The notes: generated by a model from the sequence alone, not told the origin. Shown: positions 1-8,733, numbered from the stretch's first letter. The stretch: 64,000 nt of DNA from an uncultured delta proteobacterium (GCA_963699755.1 CAVOVB010000001.1:928001-992000), one strand, 5' to 3'. Program-made: numbers and translations.

Positions 1-363
1 CTCGAAGACATACCGATAGCGAATCCGCGACGCGATCGGCTCCCAGTCGGTCCGAGCCGGCTCGAAGACGAACTGGCGAGCGGCCGCGAGTGCAGCTTCG
101 TCAAACGCCTCTCCTGCTGATAGCAGCACCGTCGCCTCGGTGACCAGCCCATCCTTGCCCACGACGATGTCGAGCTCGACCACTCTCTCCTCTGGCTCTT
201 CGCCTTCGGTTTCGGGGTAGGCGGCCTCGACGAAGCGAATGAGCCTCGGCGGTGTGATCAGGGGTTTGTTCTCGGACTCGGCGCCGGCTTTCGGCTCAGC
301 TTGCGCCTGCGCGCTGCTCGCGAGGATCCATAAGACCAAGAACGCGCCGACCAAGCGAAGCAC
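1..363 (-). CDS. TonB C-terminal-domain protein with signal peptide, probably the N-terminus of a TonB_C-fused TonB-dependent receptor (partial, runs off the window)
   Basis: Not in the ORF track. Manual translation from GTG 363 gives MLRLVGAFLVLWILASSAQAQ...TPPRLIRFVEAAYP...VELDIVVGKDGLVTEATVLLSAGEAFDEAALAAARQFVFEPAR...IRYRYVFE, a TonB_C signature. In-frame stop upstream at 391-393. Confidence 0.75.
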   Translation of the reverse strand, partial: MLRLVGAFLVLWILASSAQAQAEPKAGAESENKPLITPPRLIRFVEAAYPETEGEEPEERVVELDIVVGKDGLVTEATVLLSAGEAFDEAALAAARQFVFEPARTDWEPIASRIRYRYVFE

Positions 364-574
364 CGCGTCAGCATACGAACGGCGCCGAGGTCACACAAAC
401 CGAAGCCCTCGCATGAATTAAGGCGCCCCGACTGCGTGCTCGCGCAGCCGGGGCTGGGTGTTGGATATGCTTGCCTGGATAAGATCTCTGGGAGGTCCTG
501 CTTGGAGAGCTCGAAGCTACGCGATCTCGAAGCCGCGCGGGGTGTCGAGATCGTGAACAGTCGATGACGGTGGT

Positions 575-614
575 CAAAACGAAACCGCCGCTCCCAAACG
601 GGGGCGGCGGCTTC
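575..614 (-). terminator. Rho-independent terminator of the TonB/lipoprotein operon
   Basis: Minus strand GAAGCCGCCGCCCCC-GTTT-GGGAGCGGCGGTTTC followed by GTTTT, 30 nt after the stop of 644..2065. Confidence 0.75.
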
Positions 615-643
615 TCGTCAATTGGATGGTTGAGGCGCTCGGT

Positions 644-2065
644 TCAGTTAGCCGGGAACGCGTTCCAAGCGCCGGTCCAGACAGTGCCCGCGGCGAAGGC
701 GCCCTGGCAGTTGGTGTTGCTCACCGAGTAATCCGGCGTTGCGCTGCCATCGACAGCCCCGCTGAAGTCGCCGAGCTGTGGATCCTCCTCGAGGTTGTTC
801 TGCGCGGGCATGTTGGTGTTCTCCGGCAAGTAGTTGGCGAGATCCGTGAAATCGCCGCTGCCGCTGTAGTCGTCGCAGTCTTCGTCGCCTGTGGGGTTGC
901 CCGGATCGTCCGGGTCTTCCATGCAGCCAACGTCCTCTGGGAAATCCGGGGCGTTGTTGTCAAAGCACGAGTTGGTCACGAGGAGGCCATCGGGCCAACC
1001 ACCCGCAACGTCCCAAGCGCCGTCCCGGATGTCGACGCCAGCGCGGTTCCAGCCAGAGACGACGAGACCGTCGAGGGCGCCCCAGGTGCCACGGCGAAGA
1101 ACGATCCCCTCGTTGTTTGAGGTATCTGGCGATGCCACGAGAGTGCCGTTCCGGACCTCGGGGGCCGAGCGCGGCTGGACGTCGTTGTTCTGGCTGAAGT
1201 TGTCCGCTTCGATCCCGCGGGGATCCTCAGAGCTGCCCGCAAAGTGGTGAACGATGAAGTTCTCCACCTTGCCGCGGAAGCCCTGGTCCCAATCGATTCC
1301 GTCGTCGCCCGTGCCCGAGACGATGACATGGTTGATTTCGGCCGTACCGCCGAAGAACTCCACACCATCGTCGAGGCCCCTGTGGATCTGGATGTAATCG
1401 AGCACCGTATCGCTACCGCAGCCACCGACGGTCAGGCCGTTGAGCTCGTTGCCCTCCGTCCCGCCAAACTTGAAACCTGCGAACTCGATGCGAACGTACC
1501 GGAGCGTGCCGCAGTTCCATGTGTCGTCATTCCCGCCGAACCTACCGCGGGCCTCGCCATCGGGGAGCCCCTCGATGTTGGCTACGCATTCGCCTAGCTC
1601 TCCATCACAAGCCGCGCCGCCCCAGCTGAGCTTCGCCTCCCCGAGAAGGACAACGCCGCCCCAGTCGCCAGCTACGCGCTCACCTTCCGTACGCGACGAA
1701 GTCATGACGATGGGTGCCTCGGAAGTGCCCTGGGCATCGATCGTGCCGCTCTGGGTGACGATCAGCGCCGAGCCATTGTCGCCGCCGACCGTGACACCAG
1801 CCTCGATGGTGAGGTTCGCGCCTACCACATAGGTGGTGCGCGTAAGGACGTAGGTGCAATCGGCGGTGAGCAGAGTGTCCTCGGTGATCTCTTCTGCGGT
1901 GATCAGTACCTGGCCACTGCCGCCGGCGTCCGCGCACAGATCAACCACGCTGCCGGAGCCGCCAGAGCCGCCAGAGCCGCCAGAGCCCCCGTCGCTGCTA
2001 CACGCTGCGATAGAGACGACCATGGCGCCGATAACAGCCATTCCTACATAGTTTTTCATATCCAT
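644..2065 (-). CDS. Surface lipoprotein associated with a TonB-dependent receptor (beta-helix-like, acidic)
   Basis: Lipobox SIAAC, GGS linker, and core motifs GDWGGVVLLG, LRYVRIEFAG, NELNGLTVGGCG, GLDDGVEFFGG and DDGIDWDQG. Last gene of the TBDR operon. Confidence 0.75.
   Translation of the reverse strand: MDMKNYVGMAVIGAMVVSIAACSSDGGSGGSGGSGGSGSVVDLCADAGGSGQVLITAEEITEDTLLTADCTYVLTRTTYVVGANLTIEAGVTVGGDNGSALIVTQSGTIDAQGTSEAPIVMTSSRTEGERVAGDWGGVVLLGEAKLSWGGAACDGELGECVANIEGLPDGEARGRFGGNDDTWNCGTLRYVRIEFAGFKFGGTEGNELNGLTVGGCGSDTVLDYIQIHRGLDDGVEFFGGTAEINHVIVSGTGDDGIDWDQGFRGKVENFIVHHFAGSSEDPRGIEADNFSQNNDVQPRSAPEVRNGTLVASPDTSNNEGIVLRRGTWGALDGLVVSGWNRAGVDIRDGAWDVAGGWPDGLLVTNSCFDNNAPDFPEDVGCMEDPDDPGNPTGDEDCDDYSGSGDFTDLANYLPENTNMPAQNNLEEDPQLGDFSGAVDGSATPDYSVSNTNCQGAFAAGTVWTGAWNAFPAN
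1952..1987. repeat. 9-bp tandem repeat x4 encoding the GGS linker
   Basis: GCCGGAGCC followed by (GCCAGAGCC)x3. Confidence 0.8.
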
Positions 2066-2147
2066 ATCCTCTTCATGGGCGGCCCTTCTTTACGCCGCGT
2101 GATTTTGGTCGTGTCCTGAGCGGACCGTTCGTCCGTCGATTCACGAA

Positions 2148-5100
2148 TCAGTAGATGTACTCCGCACCGATGCTCACGGTCGTCCCGTAGTTCTCCAGCA
2201 AGACCAGTGTTCCGCCTTGCTCGTATCGCTGCTTGGCAAATGCGATGTTCTTCCACTTGAGACCGAGCTTGACGTGTGGCGTTGGCTTCCAGGTCACCAT
2301 GAAGTCGAGCAGATGTTGGGGAAGCTCGTAGACATCGGGAATGATGAAGTCGCCGGCTGCAGATCCCGCTTCGACGATCCTCGGCCCGAATGCGTTGTAG
2401 ACCAAACCCACCATCACGCCCGCGTCAGGATCGTCAAAACGAAGTGACAGATTGGTAACGAAGGGTGATTGATTGAACAGCCGGCGCTGCAAACGGCCGG
2501 AAATTCCTTGATCTTGTGGCAGGTTCGTCTGCGAGCCCATCACGGCGACGTTGCCCAGGAAGAAGAACCTGTCGAGCTTCTCATGAAAGCGGCCGAAGCC
2601 CAAACGGAGCTCAACCTCACCGCCCACGAGCCAAGCGCTCTTCGCGTTCTTGAAGCCCGCGGTGCTATTGACTTGATTGAAAATCACGAACTCGATGGGT
2701 TGGTCGAACCACTTGAAAAAGGCGGTGGCCGCAACGAGGTCCGTCCCACCGAAATAGTACTCGTACCGAGCCTCCGCATTTTGCACCTGGCTGCTCTGTA
2801 GGTCCGGGTTGCCAGCAATGTTCCAGCCTCGAATGAAGTCCGCGTAGGTGAAAGGCGCCAGCTCCCGGATCGCGGGCCGAATGACGGTCATGCCGTAGCC
2901 CAGAGTCACGAACATCTCTTCGTTGACCTCAAAGCGGAAGGTCGCGGACGGCAAGGGATTGAGGTCCGTGCGGTCGGTGCTCTTGAGCTGGCTAGGGTCC
3001 GTGACCTCAGCAAATGGGCTCTGCGACTGCACTCTTTGGGTAAAGGCCTCGAAACGCATGAGCCCCAGGAACTTGAGCCAGGGCGCCAAGGGCGTCTCGA
3101 GCTGCAGATAGCCCGCGAGCAAGCGGTTGCTGGCCACATAGCTATCCTCGATCTGGGTGAGCTCGCGAATCGTCGAAATCCTTCCCAAATTGAGCCCATC
3201 GAAGACTGCCTCGGGGTCGCCAATGAGCTGGGTCGCGCCGAGCTGCTGCTGGACGAAGCGCCGGGCAGTGAAATCACGATCTTGGTATCCGCCGTAGGCA
3301 CCGACCGAGCCATATGCCGTTTTCTCGAAGGCTTGGAATAGCGGAAACCGCGCGCTGCTCTTACCTTGGACGAAATACTGGTTCAGAGTCGCGTAGTAAC
3401 GGCTTGCATTGGTGGTGAGCTGACTCTTGGTGAACTGCTGAATCTCGCGTCGATCCGGCTCATCGCGCCGCCCCAGGCCACCGCTCAAATTCCACTGCAA
3501 GCGCGCTTGCGTGTCCCCAAGGTTGCGGTGGTCGCCCGTGAGTTGATTGAATAAGATCGAGCGGCCGATGAAATTGTAGCTGTTCTTGGACAACAGAAAT
3601 TCGTCTTGGAGCCCCGTGTCCTCCTTGACGCCGAGCTGCGTGAGAGTCGTGTCGTTGCTCACGCGGCTGAACATCGAGGTGATGTTCAGGAAGTTATCAG
3701 GGTCGAGCTCGAGGAACGCGCTACCGAACGTTCCCCAGAGCACCTCCTGCTTTCCGCCCTTGATGTCGAAGTCCTGCAACAAGCGATCGATCTGGCCTTC
3801 CGCATTGAACCGGTAACGCTTGTTGAAACCGGTGCGAATCGCCTCTTCATAATCGTAGATGAAGCTGATCAGGTAGCCCGCTCGCCTACCTTCCTTTTTG
3901 AGGTCACCCGAGTCGCCCACACTGGCTTTGATACTGAGCTGGGGTATCGCGAGCTTGTACTTCGGATTCCAAACGTTCTCGAACTGACGCCCCACCTGCG
4001 CGACCTGGTCTCGGGTTTGATAGCGGCTGCCCGAGCCGGCCCGACCGACATCGAGGCGATCAGCACCGACCGCACCTGGCAGTGCGCGTGTGCCGTCATC
4101 GAACCCGATCCAGTCGCGCCTACCCCCCTGATAGGTGGGCATCTGCTGAAAGGTGCTCAGTGAGTTGACGCCGACCGATGCACCCACTTTGATCGTCAGG
4201 TCGCGTGGATACTTGTTGGTGTCGATGAGCAACAGGCCACCCGCAAAGGAACCCATGAGATCGGGTCGGGGCACCTTGACCACGGCAAGGTTGCTGACGA
4301 TGTCCGTTGGGAAGATGTCGAGACGTATGCTCGGAACATCGGGGTCGACACCCGGCACGGGAACACCGTTGAGCAGGATCAGGTTGTATCGGTCTGCGAG
4401 GCCTCGAACGATGATGCGATCGTCCTCGTCGATCGTCACGCCCACCACGCGTGTCACCGCCCCTTTGGCGGTGCTGTCGCCGGCGCGCTTGATCTCTTCG
4501 GCGCTGATCGCGTCCTGCACGCCCACCGTCTCTTTTCGGATGTTGAGCTGAGCCGCCTCGCTCGAGGTGTCCGCGCGGTAAACGACCTCTTGCTCTTCGA
4601 CGCCGGCGTCCTTTTCACTGATCGGGTCGAGGATGAAGTTGATCCGGCTGAATTTCCCTCGGGTGACGGCGATGTCGTCCCAGCGCGCGCCGTGGTAGAG
4701 GTCGTAGTACGAGCGAAGCGTGTACTTGCCCGGGGGCAAGTAGAGCCGATATCGGCCGCGCTCATCGGTGATGGTGCTCCGGAGCTTGCCGTCTTCTTTG
4801 CCTTTCGCGAGGACGGGCGCGTCGGGAAGGACCTTCTTCGGCTTGCGGGAGACGACCTGCCCTTGCACGCCCGTTTCCTTGTCGGCTCCGGGCTCGAGCT
4901 TGTTCGGGTCTTGAACTTGGACGGCCTTGGAGACGACCGGCGTCGGACTATCCTCGATCTCCTTGCCCTCGGCGTCGGTGACCTGGTCTTCCTCCGTGTC
5001 CGGGCTGGCGCCATACTCGATCACGACTTCGTCGACATCTTCGATCGAGTCTTCTTCCTCTTCTTCTTCGGCGGCCCCCACGTCGGGCGTAATCCACTCC

Positions 5101-5369
5101 TTGCCATCGACATCACGGCGGATGATTTCGTCCTTCTTCTTCTCCGACGGCGGCTCTTCCTTTTTCGCGTCCGAAGGCGCCACCTTGGCGGGCGGCTCCT
5201 CCTTCGCCGGGGGCTCGTCCTTCTTCTGCTCGGACGGCGGTTCGTCAACCGGCGGCGTCTCCTCGGAAGGCGGCGCCCCGGACTCCTGGGCAAGTAGCTC
5301 CCCCGGAATCGACGCACGAATCCCCACGAGAAGGGCTAGTAGTAGCCCTTCTTTAGTCAGCCTGGACAT
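2148..5369 (-). CDS. TonB-dependent outer-membrane receptor with N-terminal low-complexity extension and carboxypeptidase-regulatory-like domain
   Basis: Signal peptide; plug motifs ISAEEIKRAGDS and IIVRGLADRYNLILLNG; barrel motif RPAIRELAPF...GNPDL; C-terminal aromatic GAEYIY. Confidence 0.92.
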   Translation of the reverse strand: MSRLTKEGLLLALLVGIRASIPGELLAQESGAPPSEETPPVDEPPSEQKKDEPPAKEEPPAKVAPSDAKKEEPPSEKKKDEIIRRDVDGKEWITPDVGAAEEEEEEDSIEDVDEVVIEYGASPDTEEDQVTDAEGKEIEDSPTPVVSKAVQVQDPNKLEPGADKETGVQGQVVSRKPKKVLPDAPVLAKGKEDGKLRSTITDERGRYRLYLPPGKYTLRSYYDLYHGARWDDIAVTRGKFSRINFILDPISEKDAGVEEQEVVYRADTSSEAAQLNIRKETVGVQDAISAEEIKRAGDSTAKGAVTRVVGVTIDEDDRIIVRGLADRYNLILLNGVPVPGVDPDVPSIRLDIFPTDIVSNLAVVKVPRPDLMGSFAGGLLLIDTNKYPRDLTIKVGASVGVNSLSTFQQMPTYQGGRRDWIGFDDGTRALPGAVGADRLDVGRAGSGSRYQTRDQVAQVGRQFENVWNPKYKLAIPQLSIKASVGDSGDLKKEGRRAGYLISFIYDYEEAIRTGFNKRYRFNAEGQIDRLLQDFDIKGGKQEVLWGTFGSAFLELDPDNFLNITSMFSRVSNDTTLTQLGVKEDTGLQDEFLLSKNSYNFIGRSILFNQLTGDHRNLGDTQARLQWNLSGGLGRRDEPDRREIQQFTKSQLTTNASRYYATLNQYFVQGKSSARFPLFQAFEKTAYGSVGAYGGYQDRDFTARRFVQQQLGATQLIGDPEAVFDGLNLGRISTIRELTQIEDSYVASNRLLAGYLQLETPLAPWLKFLGLMRFEAFTQRVQSQSPFAEVTDPSQLKSTDRTDLNPLPSATFRFEVNEEMFVTLGYGMTVIRPAIRELAPFTYADFIRGWNIAGNPDLQSSQVQNAEARYEYYFGGTDLVAATAFFKWFDQPIEFVIFNQVNSTAGFKNAKSAWLVGGEVELRLGFGRFHEKLDRFFFLGNVAVMGSQTNLPQDQGISGRLQRRLFNQSPFVTNLSLRFDDPDAGVMVGLVYNAFGPRIVEAGSAAGDFIIPDVYELPQHLLDFMVTWKPTPHVKLGLKWKNIAFAKQRYEQGGTLVLLENYGTTVSIGAEYIY

Positions 5370-5423
5370 TTCTCTCCTTCGACGAATCGGGCCCAGAAGG
5401 CCCGACCTCAGATCGGCATGCTC

Positions 5424-5861
5424 CTAGTCGTGCACGCCCTCCGTGAGGACAGCGATGTGCGCCGCTCCTCCCACGCGCGCCAAATCGAGCGCACGCACGG
5501 CGCGTGAGTACGGCGTTTTATCCGCCGCATCGAAAAACACTTTGCGCTCGCCGCGCGCGATCAAGACACGCCTGAGCTTCTCGGCGAACTCCTCGTCCGG
5601 AACGACCTCTTTGTTGATCTGAAAATGGCCTGCCGGATTCACGCTGATGACCAACGGCTGCTTCTCGCTCGGATCGGGAGGCGTGATGTCCTCGGATTCG
5701 GGCTTGTCCGGCACATGCACCCAGAAGTGCGCCGGCATGAGCGGCATGATCACCATGAAAATGATGAGAAGCACCAAGACGACGTCCACCAGCGGCGTGA
5801 CGTTCATCTCCGGTCTAGCTTTGCTCTTCTTACCTTCAGAGGCTCCGACGTTCATTCCCAT
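5424..5861 (-). CDS. exbD: ExbD/TolR biopolymer transporter
   Basis: EMNVTPLVDVVLVLLIIFMV transmembrane motif with the conserved Asp. Confidence 0.92.
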   Translation of the reverse strand: MGMNVGASEGKKSKARPEMNVTPLVDVVLVLLIIFMVIMPLMPAHFWVHVPDKPESEDITPPDPSEKQPLVISVNPAGHFQINKEVVPDEEFAEKLRRVLIARGERKVFFDAADKTPYSRAVRALDLARVGGAAHIAVLTEGVHD

Positions 5862-5872
5862 GAGATTCGCCT

Positions 5873-6346
5873 TTAGTTGAGGGCCTGCTTGCGCTTGCGA
5901 ACGCTATCGGCGAACGCCGCTGCATCGTCCAGAGCCGCCTTGGTCGCCCGCAGCGCAACCCCCGGGAAACCCACATCCTGCACGACGGCCATGACATCGC
6001 GCACCTTGTCGTAGGTCAGCCGGTGGTCGCCGCGAAGCACGAGTCTTTTGTTCGGGTCGTTCGCATTTGCCGCTCGGAGGTGAGCGCCGAGCGCTTGCCT
6101 GCTCACCGCGTAGTCGTCGAGATAAAGCCGTCCGTCGACGTCTATCGAAAGCACATAGGGGTCAGGCTCGCCCTTGCGTTCCTCGTCCGGGTTCTCGAGC
6201 TTCGCGAGCTCGAGGTTCATGTCGCTCACGGCCGCCGGCAGGATCACCATGAAGATGATCAGAAGCACCAAGACGACGTCCACCAAGGGTGTCACGTTCA
6301 TCTCTGGCTTGACTGGTTCGCGCTTCTTTCGTGAGAGACTAGACAT
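5873..6346 (-). CDS. exbD: ExbD/TolR biopolymer transporter
   Basis: EMNVTPLVDVVLVLLIIFMV and LVLRGD...Y motifs. Confidence 0.92.
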   Translation of the reverse strand: MSSLSRKKREPVKPEMNVTPLVDVVLVLLIIFMVILPAAVSDMNLELAKLENPDEERKGEPDPYVLSIDVDGRLYLDDYAVSRQALGAHLRAANANDPNKRLVLRGDHRLTYDKVRDVMAVVQDVGFPGVALRATKAALDDAAAFADSVRKRKQALN

Positions 6347-6372
6347 GGGCTCGTCCGCTTAGCGGTCCTGGT

Positions 6373-7119
6373 TCATTCGGCCGGAAAGGGTGTCGCCACC
6401 TGACCGTTCATCGCAGTGCTGGGCGGGTCCAAGATCGCCTCGGGGTCGCCACCGAGGGCGCCTGCTTCGAGCTGGTCGACGAGCTCGCTGCCCGCGTTGG
6501 CAAGGCCGGCTTCGTACTTGGAGATGAGGCCACTCAACCAGTTGAAGAGCATCACGGAGGGGATCGCGACCATGAGGCCGTACCCAGTGACGTAGAGCGC
6601 CTCACCGATGAGGGGCCCAATGGTGCTGAGGCCCCCGCCACCGTCCTGTCCGATGACCTTGAAGGCACCGAGAATCCCGAAGACGGTTCCGAGCAGGCCG
6701 ACGAACGGAGCCGTCGAACCGGTCGTGGCCAGCACGCTCATGCCCTTGTTCAGGTTCGTGCTGAGGTTCTCCCCGGTGCGCTCGAGGCTGCGTTGCGTGA
6801 ACTCGGCGGCCCGGTCCCGGCTGTGACCGAGTGCAAGGTTCTCTTGAAAGACCTTGATGCCTTCGAAGATGAAGCGCGCAAGATGGCTCCGCTTCTTCGC
6901 ATCGGCGGCGATCTGCACGACCGCATTCGCATCACCCCGCTCCATTGGCTCTGAAACGTCGGCGGCAAACTTACGCGAGCGCCGCTTCGACATGAACAGC
7001 ATCAGCAGTCGGTCGACGGTGACGGTGACGCCCCAGACCCCCTGAATCGTGAGCACGACTACCGCGCTCTTCACGATCGGGTTCATCGTGTGCCACATCT
7101 CGAGAATGTTGATTTCCAT
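6373..7119 (-). CDS. exbB: MotA/TolQ/ExbB proton channel protein
   Basis: LATTGSTAPFVGLLGTVFGI and EALYVTGYGLMVAIP. Start moved to ATG 7119 (MEINIL) after a GAGG RBS; the longer ORF overlaps tonB. Confidence 0.9.
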   Translation of the reverse strand: MEINILEMWHTMNPIVKSAVVVLTIQGVWGVTVTVDRLLMLFMSKRRSRKFAADVSEPMERGDANAVVQIAADAKKRSHLARFIFEGIKVFQENLALGHSRDRAAEFTQRSLERTGENLSTNLNKGMSVLATTGSTAPFVGLLGTVFGILGAFKVIGQDGGGGLSTIGPLIGEALYVTGYGLMVAIPSVMLFNWLSGLISKYEAGLANAGSELVDQLEAGALGGDPEAILDPPSTAMNGQVATPFPAE

Positions 7120-7133
7120 GGCTAGCACCTCTT

Positions 7134-7856
7134 TCAAATATTGGACGGCTTGAACGTAAACTGTCGCCGGTACGGGTACGGAACCGCGGTACCGTCGGGT
7201 AAGCGCGCTGGCTCGAATCGTTGAGCCAATGCGCACTTGAGAATCGACTCGTCGGGAATCAGCGGGTGCGACGCTTCCATGTCCGCTTTCGCCGGGACTC
7301 CGTCGGGCATGATCAAGAGGCGCACCCGAACGCGAATCGTCTCCGCGCTCGCGCGTACTTCGACCGGCACCTCCGGCGCTCGGCAACCGCTCAAGAACTT
7401 CGGCCGGCGGACGGTTTCGCGCCTCTGACGCGGGCCGGTCTTCTTCTTTCCCTTGCTCCCACCACCGCCGATCATCTCGTCGATGTTGATCTCTTCGACC
7501 TCGGCAAGGCGCCCTTCACTCGCCTCTTGAAGCTCTTCATCGGGGATTTCCTGAGGCGCGCTGAGCCCTCGCTTCTGCCCCGGCTCGGCTTCGACTTCCT
7601 TCGGCGCTTCCTTCTTCTCGACCGGCTTGGGTTTGGGCTTCGGCCTCTCCTGCTCGACCGGCGTCGGAGCCGCAGCGAACTCGACGGCGACGTCGCGCTC
7701 CTGGCGATCCACGACAACCTTTGCCGTCGCAACAGCCGCCGCCACGCCCAGGCCTGCAACGACGTAGACCACCGAAGACACCGCCAGCGAAAGGCCCATA
7801 CGTCCTCTCGACTCGTCAGACTCCTTCTTCTTCTTGTCGAAATCGCTAAACATCAT
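7134..7856 (-). CDS. tonB: Energy transducer TonB-like protein
   Basis: N-terminal TM helix, PKPKPKP linker and C-terminal RFEPAR..G..VP motif; directly upstream of exbB. Confidence 0.8.
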   Translation of the reverse strand: MMFSDFDKKKKESDESRGRMGLSLAVSSVVYVVAGLGVAAAVATAKVVVDRQERDVAVEFAAAPTPVEQERPKPKPKPVEKKEAPKEVEAEPGQKRGLSAPQEIPDEELQEASEGRLAEVEEINIDEMIGGGGSKGKKKTGPRQRRETVRRPKFLSGCRAPEVPVEVRASAETIRVRVRLLIMPDGVPAKADMEASHPLIPDESILKCALAQRFEPARLPDGTAVPYPYRRQFTFKPSNI

Positions 7857-7860
7857 TGAA

Positions 7861-8544
7861 TCACTTCAGTCGGTACCCAACGCCGCGCACGGTTTCGACC
7901 TGGCGTCCGACCTCTCCGAGCTTTTCTCGAAGGCGCTTGACGTGTGTGTCGACCGTCCTCGTTTCGAGGGTGCTGCTGTGGCGCCAGACCGCCTCGAGCA
8001 GCCTCTCTCGGCTGCGGACCAATCCGCGGTGCCGAGCCAGATCGACCAGGAGCTTGAACTCCAGCGCAGTCAGCCCAATGACTTGCCCGTCGACCGTGAC
8101 CTCGTGCCCGGGGACGTCGATGCTGAGTCGGTTGATTTGAAGACGATCGGAATGCTGGCCCGCTCGAAGCTGAGAGCGCCGAAGCACGGCTCGGAGGCGG
8201 AGAGCCAGCTCCCGCGGGCTGTAGGGCTTGGCGACGAAGTCGTCGGCGCCGAGCTCGAAGGCGAGCACCCGGTCGACCTCGTCGTGATCGCCGGAGACGA
8301 GGATGACCGGCTTGCTGCGGGTCTCGGGTCGCTCTCGGACTCGTTTGAGGACCTCGGTGGCCCGCATGTCCGCGAGCTGGTCCTCGACGATGAGGCCCGA
8401 AACCCCCTGCTTGCTGAGGAGCCGAATCGCGCTCTCCCCGTCGCGAGCGGCCTCCAGATCGGGTCCGCTGGGCCCGAGGGACTGCCTAAGCGCCGATAAG
8501 AGCGCGCTGTCACCCGCTACGACGCAACGATCTACCGCCATCAT
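7861..8544 (-). CDS. Atypical OmpR/PhoB-family response regulator (degenerate receiver)
   Basis: wHTH motifs LTALEF...ETRTVDTHVKRLREKL...ETVRGVGY. Receiver has VVAGD instead of VVEDE and Glu at the phospho-Asp position. Confidence 0.88.
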   Translation of the reverse strand: MMAVDRCVVAGDSALLSALRQSLGPSGPDLEAARDGESAIRLLSKQGVSGLIVEDQLADMRATEVLKRVRERPETRSKPVILVSGDHDEVDRVLAFELGADDFVAKPYSPRELALRLRAVLRRSQLRAGQHSDRLQINRLSIDVPGHEVTVDGQVIGLTALEFKLLVDLARHRGLVRSRERLLEAVWRHSSTLETRTVDTHVKRLREKLGEVGRQVETVRGVGYRLK

Positions 8545-8567
8545 CGACGAGAGCTTGAGCAGCCAGC

Positions 8568-8663
8568 GTGACAGGGCTGCGTCGCAAACGTATCGAGATC
8601 GTGATTCGTCCGTGGCGATCCTGTGTCAAGAGGAGGGACAGAGCGGCGACCGGGAGGTGACGC
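8568..8663 (-). promoter_or_regulatory. Array of 11-bp-phased Pho-box-like half-sites upstream of the atypical RR-TonB operon
   Basis: Minus-strand heptamers with lower coordinates 8657 GCGTCAC, 8646 CGGTCGC, 8635 CTGTCCC, 8623 TTGACAC, 8612 TCGCCAC, 8601 GAATCAC, 8590 TCGATAC, 8579 GCGACGC, 8568 CTGTCAC. Confidence 0.5.
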
Positions 8664-8678
8664 GGTGTCGTCGCCCGG

Positions 8679-8700
8679 CTGTCACACAGCTGTCACATAG
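8679..8700 (+). promoter_or_regulatory. Pho box upstream of pstS
   Basis: CTGTCAC-ACAG-CTGTCAC-ATAG, an 11-bp direct repeat matching the classical CTGTCA(T/C) Pho box, 33 nt before pstS. Confidence 0.85.
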
Positions 8701-8733
8701 CGGGCCCAGAGTCGGGGCGATGGAGCGAATACA

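Noticed and set aside
364..575. Possible cobalamin riboswitch upstream of the TonB-domain gene; hairpin at 426-453
   Set aside because: Only one hairpin (CCCCGACTGCG/CGCAGCCGGGG) was found, with no B12-box or GGGAA/GCCACTG-type motifs.
1952..1987. Tandem repeat as CRISPR or contingency locus
   Set aside because: In-frame 9-bp unit encoding a GGS linker, with no spacers or cas genes.
2099..2117. Pho box before the lipoprotein gene; also 17095-17113 before DUF47
   Set aside because: Half-sites are degenerate and 12 bp apart rather than 11, so too weak to call.
7120..7386. Extended exbB N-terminus; similar over-long starts for pstA, crp, cls, TIGR04282, pfk, MaoC and cyclophilin
   Set aside because: The extensions mostly overlap neighbouring genes and lack family similarity; downstream ATGs fit better.
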